Of a stretch of 19,120 nucleotides of DNA, positions 19,001 through 19,120 are shown piece after piece. The position numbers and the translations under genes are program-made. Below the pieces are notes generated by a model. It saw only the letters and a program-made list of their open reading frames with translations, searched no databases and was not told the origin of the DNA. Source of the stretch: Candidatus Eiseniibacteriota bacterium. Its GTDB lineage: Bacteria; Eisenbacteria; RBG-16-71-46. Position 1 is the stretch's first letter. The number at the start of each line of letters is the position of its first letter. Location of the stretch: contig JANLWX010000006.1 in the NCBI GenBank assembly GCA_031364845.1, positions 1 through 19,120 on the forward strand, read 5' to 3'.

Positions 19001-19120
19001 CGAAGACCACCGGCCCGCAGACGGTCACGGTGACCGTGAACGGCGACGGAACGCTGGAGTCGGATGAGACGCTGACGGTGACGCTATCGAACGCGTCGGG
19101 GGCGACGATCGGCAATGGCA
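16066..19120 (+). CDS. Large secreted/surface protein: uncharacterised N-terminal domain plus tandem Calx-beta domains; 3' end outside window
   Basis: Missing from the ORF track because there is no stop in the window. RBS GAGGGA, ATG 16066, open by hand translation to the window end (>1018 aa). Signal peptide MKLPFRISSSRRTRRSMIAIASAAVLVLATSAVTFA; PPDVDGAVG, FDPKTIYD, ADFPSIG, RWGDYS; then EGNAG..VTVDWQTNDG.AT..NDY..GTLTF..NGD..E.DET..IQNDD repeats. Confidence 0.93.
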   Translation, partial: MKLPFRISSSRRTRRSMIAIASAAVLVLATSAVTFAASQHDSRVAPPGTNLSGSAAQVVGTAVVNFEALAKLDAEHLAVQPPYIPRIMPKAHEPAEPDVVIGLAEIPPARVSPAVASPSPSTSFEGLDDIPIGGTGFITIPPDVDGAVGRTRVMTGLNNNYRIFDKSTGAVLSTTSTNTFWAGSGGTINTHFDPKTIYDPINDRWIVVMMCDGGTANSSVQVGVSQTSDPAGAYYIFRVDTDAGNTLWADFPSIGFNKNWVAIGMNMFTISAGAFSTGKMLVIDYPSLRAGAFVATMFTGTGFCSSPAATYSSTENTLYTPTHLSSGGGTFRVDLITGTPAAPVYTIGATKSRGLTWTQTGGNILPQAAPLAGASACGATPCKIDCIDSQIRSTPVFRNGSIYYTQTVGATSLTRTMLQWTKIDAVTGVVQDGGRIEDPTATATNGGKWYAYGHIAVNAAGDIIVGYSQFASNQYGASAYSMHLAADAPGTMRDPYIFRAGDDYYHKTFNLTTSRNRWGDYSKAQVDPADDQSLWVVDEWAKLRTGTDDGNTGSNSSKWGTWWANVAGPAPTVTIAPGPSNPEGNAGTTAFDFTVNLSTGYSLPVTVNYQTSDGTATTGNNDYASVSGSIVIPAGFTSGTITVNGNGDATLEGDETFSVSLTGATNATVGLPSSSTGTIQNDDGQPTIDIEMAALSLEGNAGPATVNLAVTLSNASDQPVTVDWQTNDGSATLANNDYVQDSGTLTFPAKTTGPQTVTVTINGDATQESDETFTVTLSNPVGGTIGNGTGTVTIQNDDGTPTVDIEMVELSLEGNAGPSVVSLDVTLSHASDQPVTVDWQTNDGTATLANNDYDQGSGTLTFPPKTTGPQTITVTVNGDGTLESDETLTVTLSNASGATIGNGTGTVTIQNDDGTPTVGIEMAELSLEGNAGPTLVNLDVTLSHASDQPVTVDWQTNDGSATLANNDYQQGSGTLTFPPKTTGPQTVTVTVNGDGTLESDETLTVTLSNASGATIGNG
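17776..19120 (+). repeat. Tandem 345-bp (115-aa) Calx-beta domain repeats, at least 4 units
   Basis: Units start at 17776, 18121, 18466 and 18811 (last one truncated). EGN codons at 17812/18157/18502/18847 give an exact 345-nt period. Confidence 0.95.

Noticed and set aside
17776..19120. CRISPR array or DGR-type repeats
   Set aside because: The repeats are in-frame 345-bp protein domains without spacers, differences are not adenine-specific, and no reverse transcriptase is nearby.

Overview
High-GC bacterial window with every supported gene on the + strand. The gene content suggests a diderm FCB-superphylum lineage such as Ca. Eisenbacteria or relatives; this is inference only. It opens with the 3' end of a phosphomannomutase/phosphoglucomutase and an MPG-type 3-methyladenine DNA glycosylase. 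An envelope cluster follows (1359-11675): a divergent FadL/PorV-like beta-barrel, a TonB-dependent receptor, a ~1000-aa Cys-rich secreted protein ending in a T9SS-like C-terminal domain, a PorV/PorQ-family barrel and a GWxTD-domain protein with a variant motif. Next is the conserved housekeeping block gap-pgk-tpiA-secG-tRNA-Leu(GAG) with a terminator. The window ends in a >1018-aa secreted protein absent from the ORF track, with a probable beta-propeller N-terminal domain and at least four 345-bp Calx-beta repeats. The best candidate for an undescribed system is the TBDR + CTD cargo + PorV(+GWxTD) cassette, which has no SusD-type lipoprotein. No mobile element, CRISPR array or recognisable riboswitch was found.
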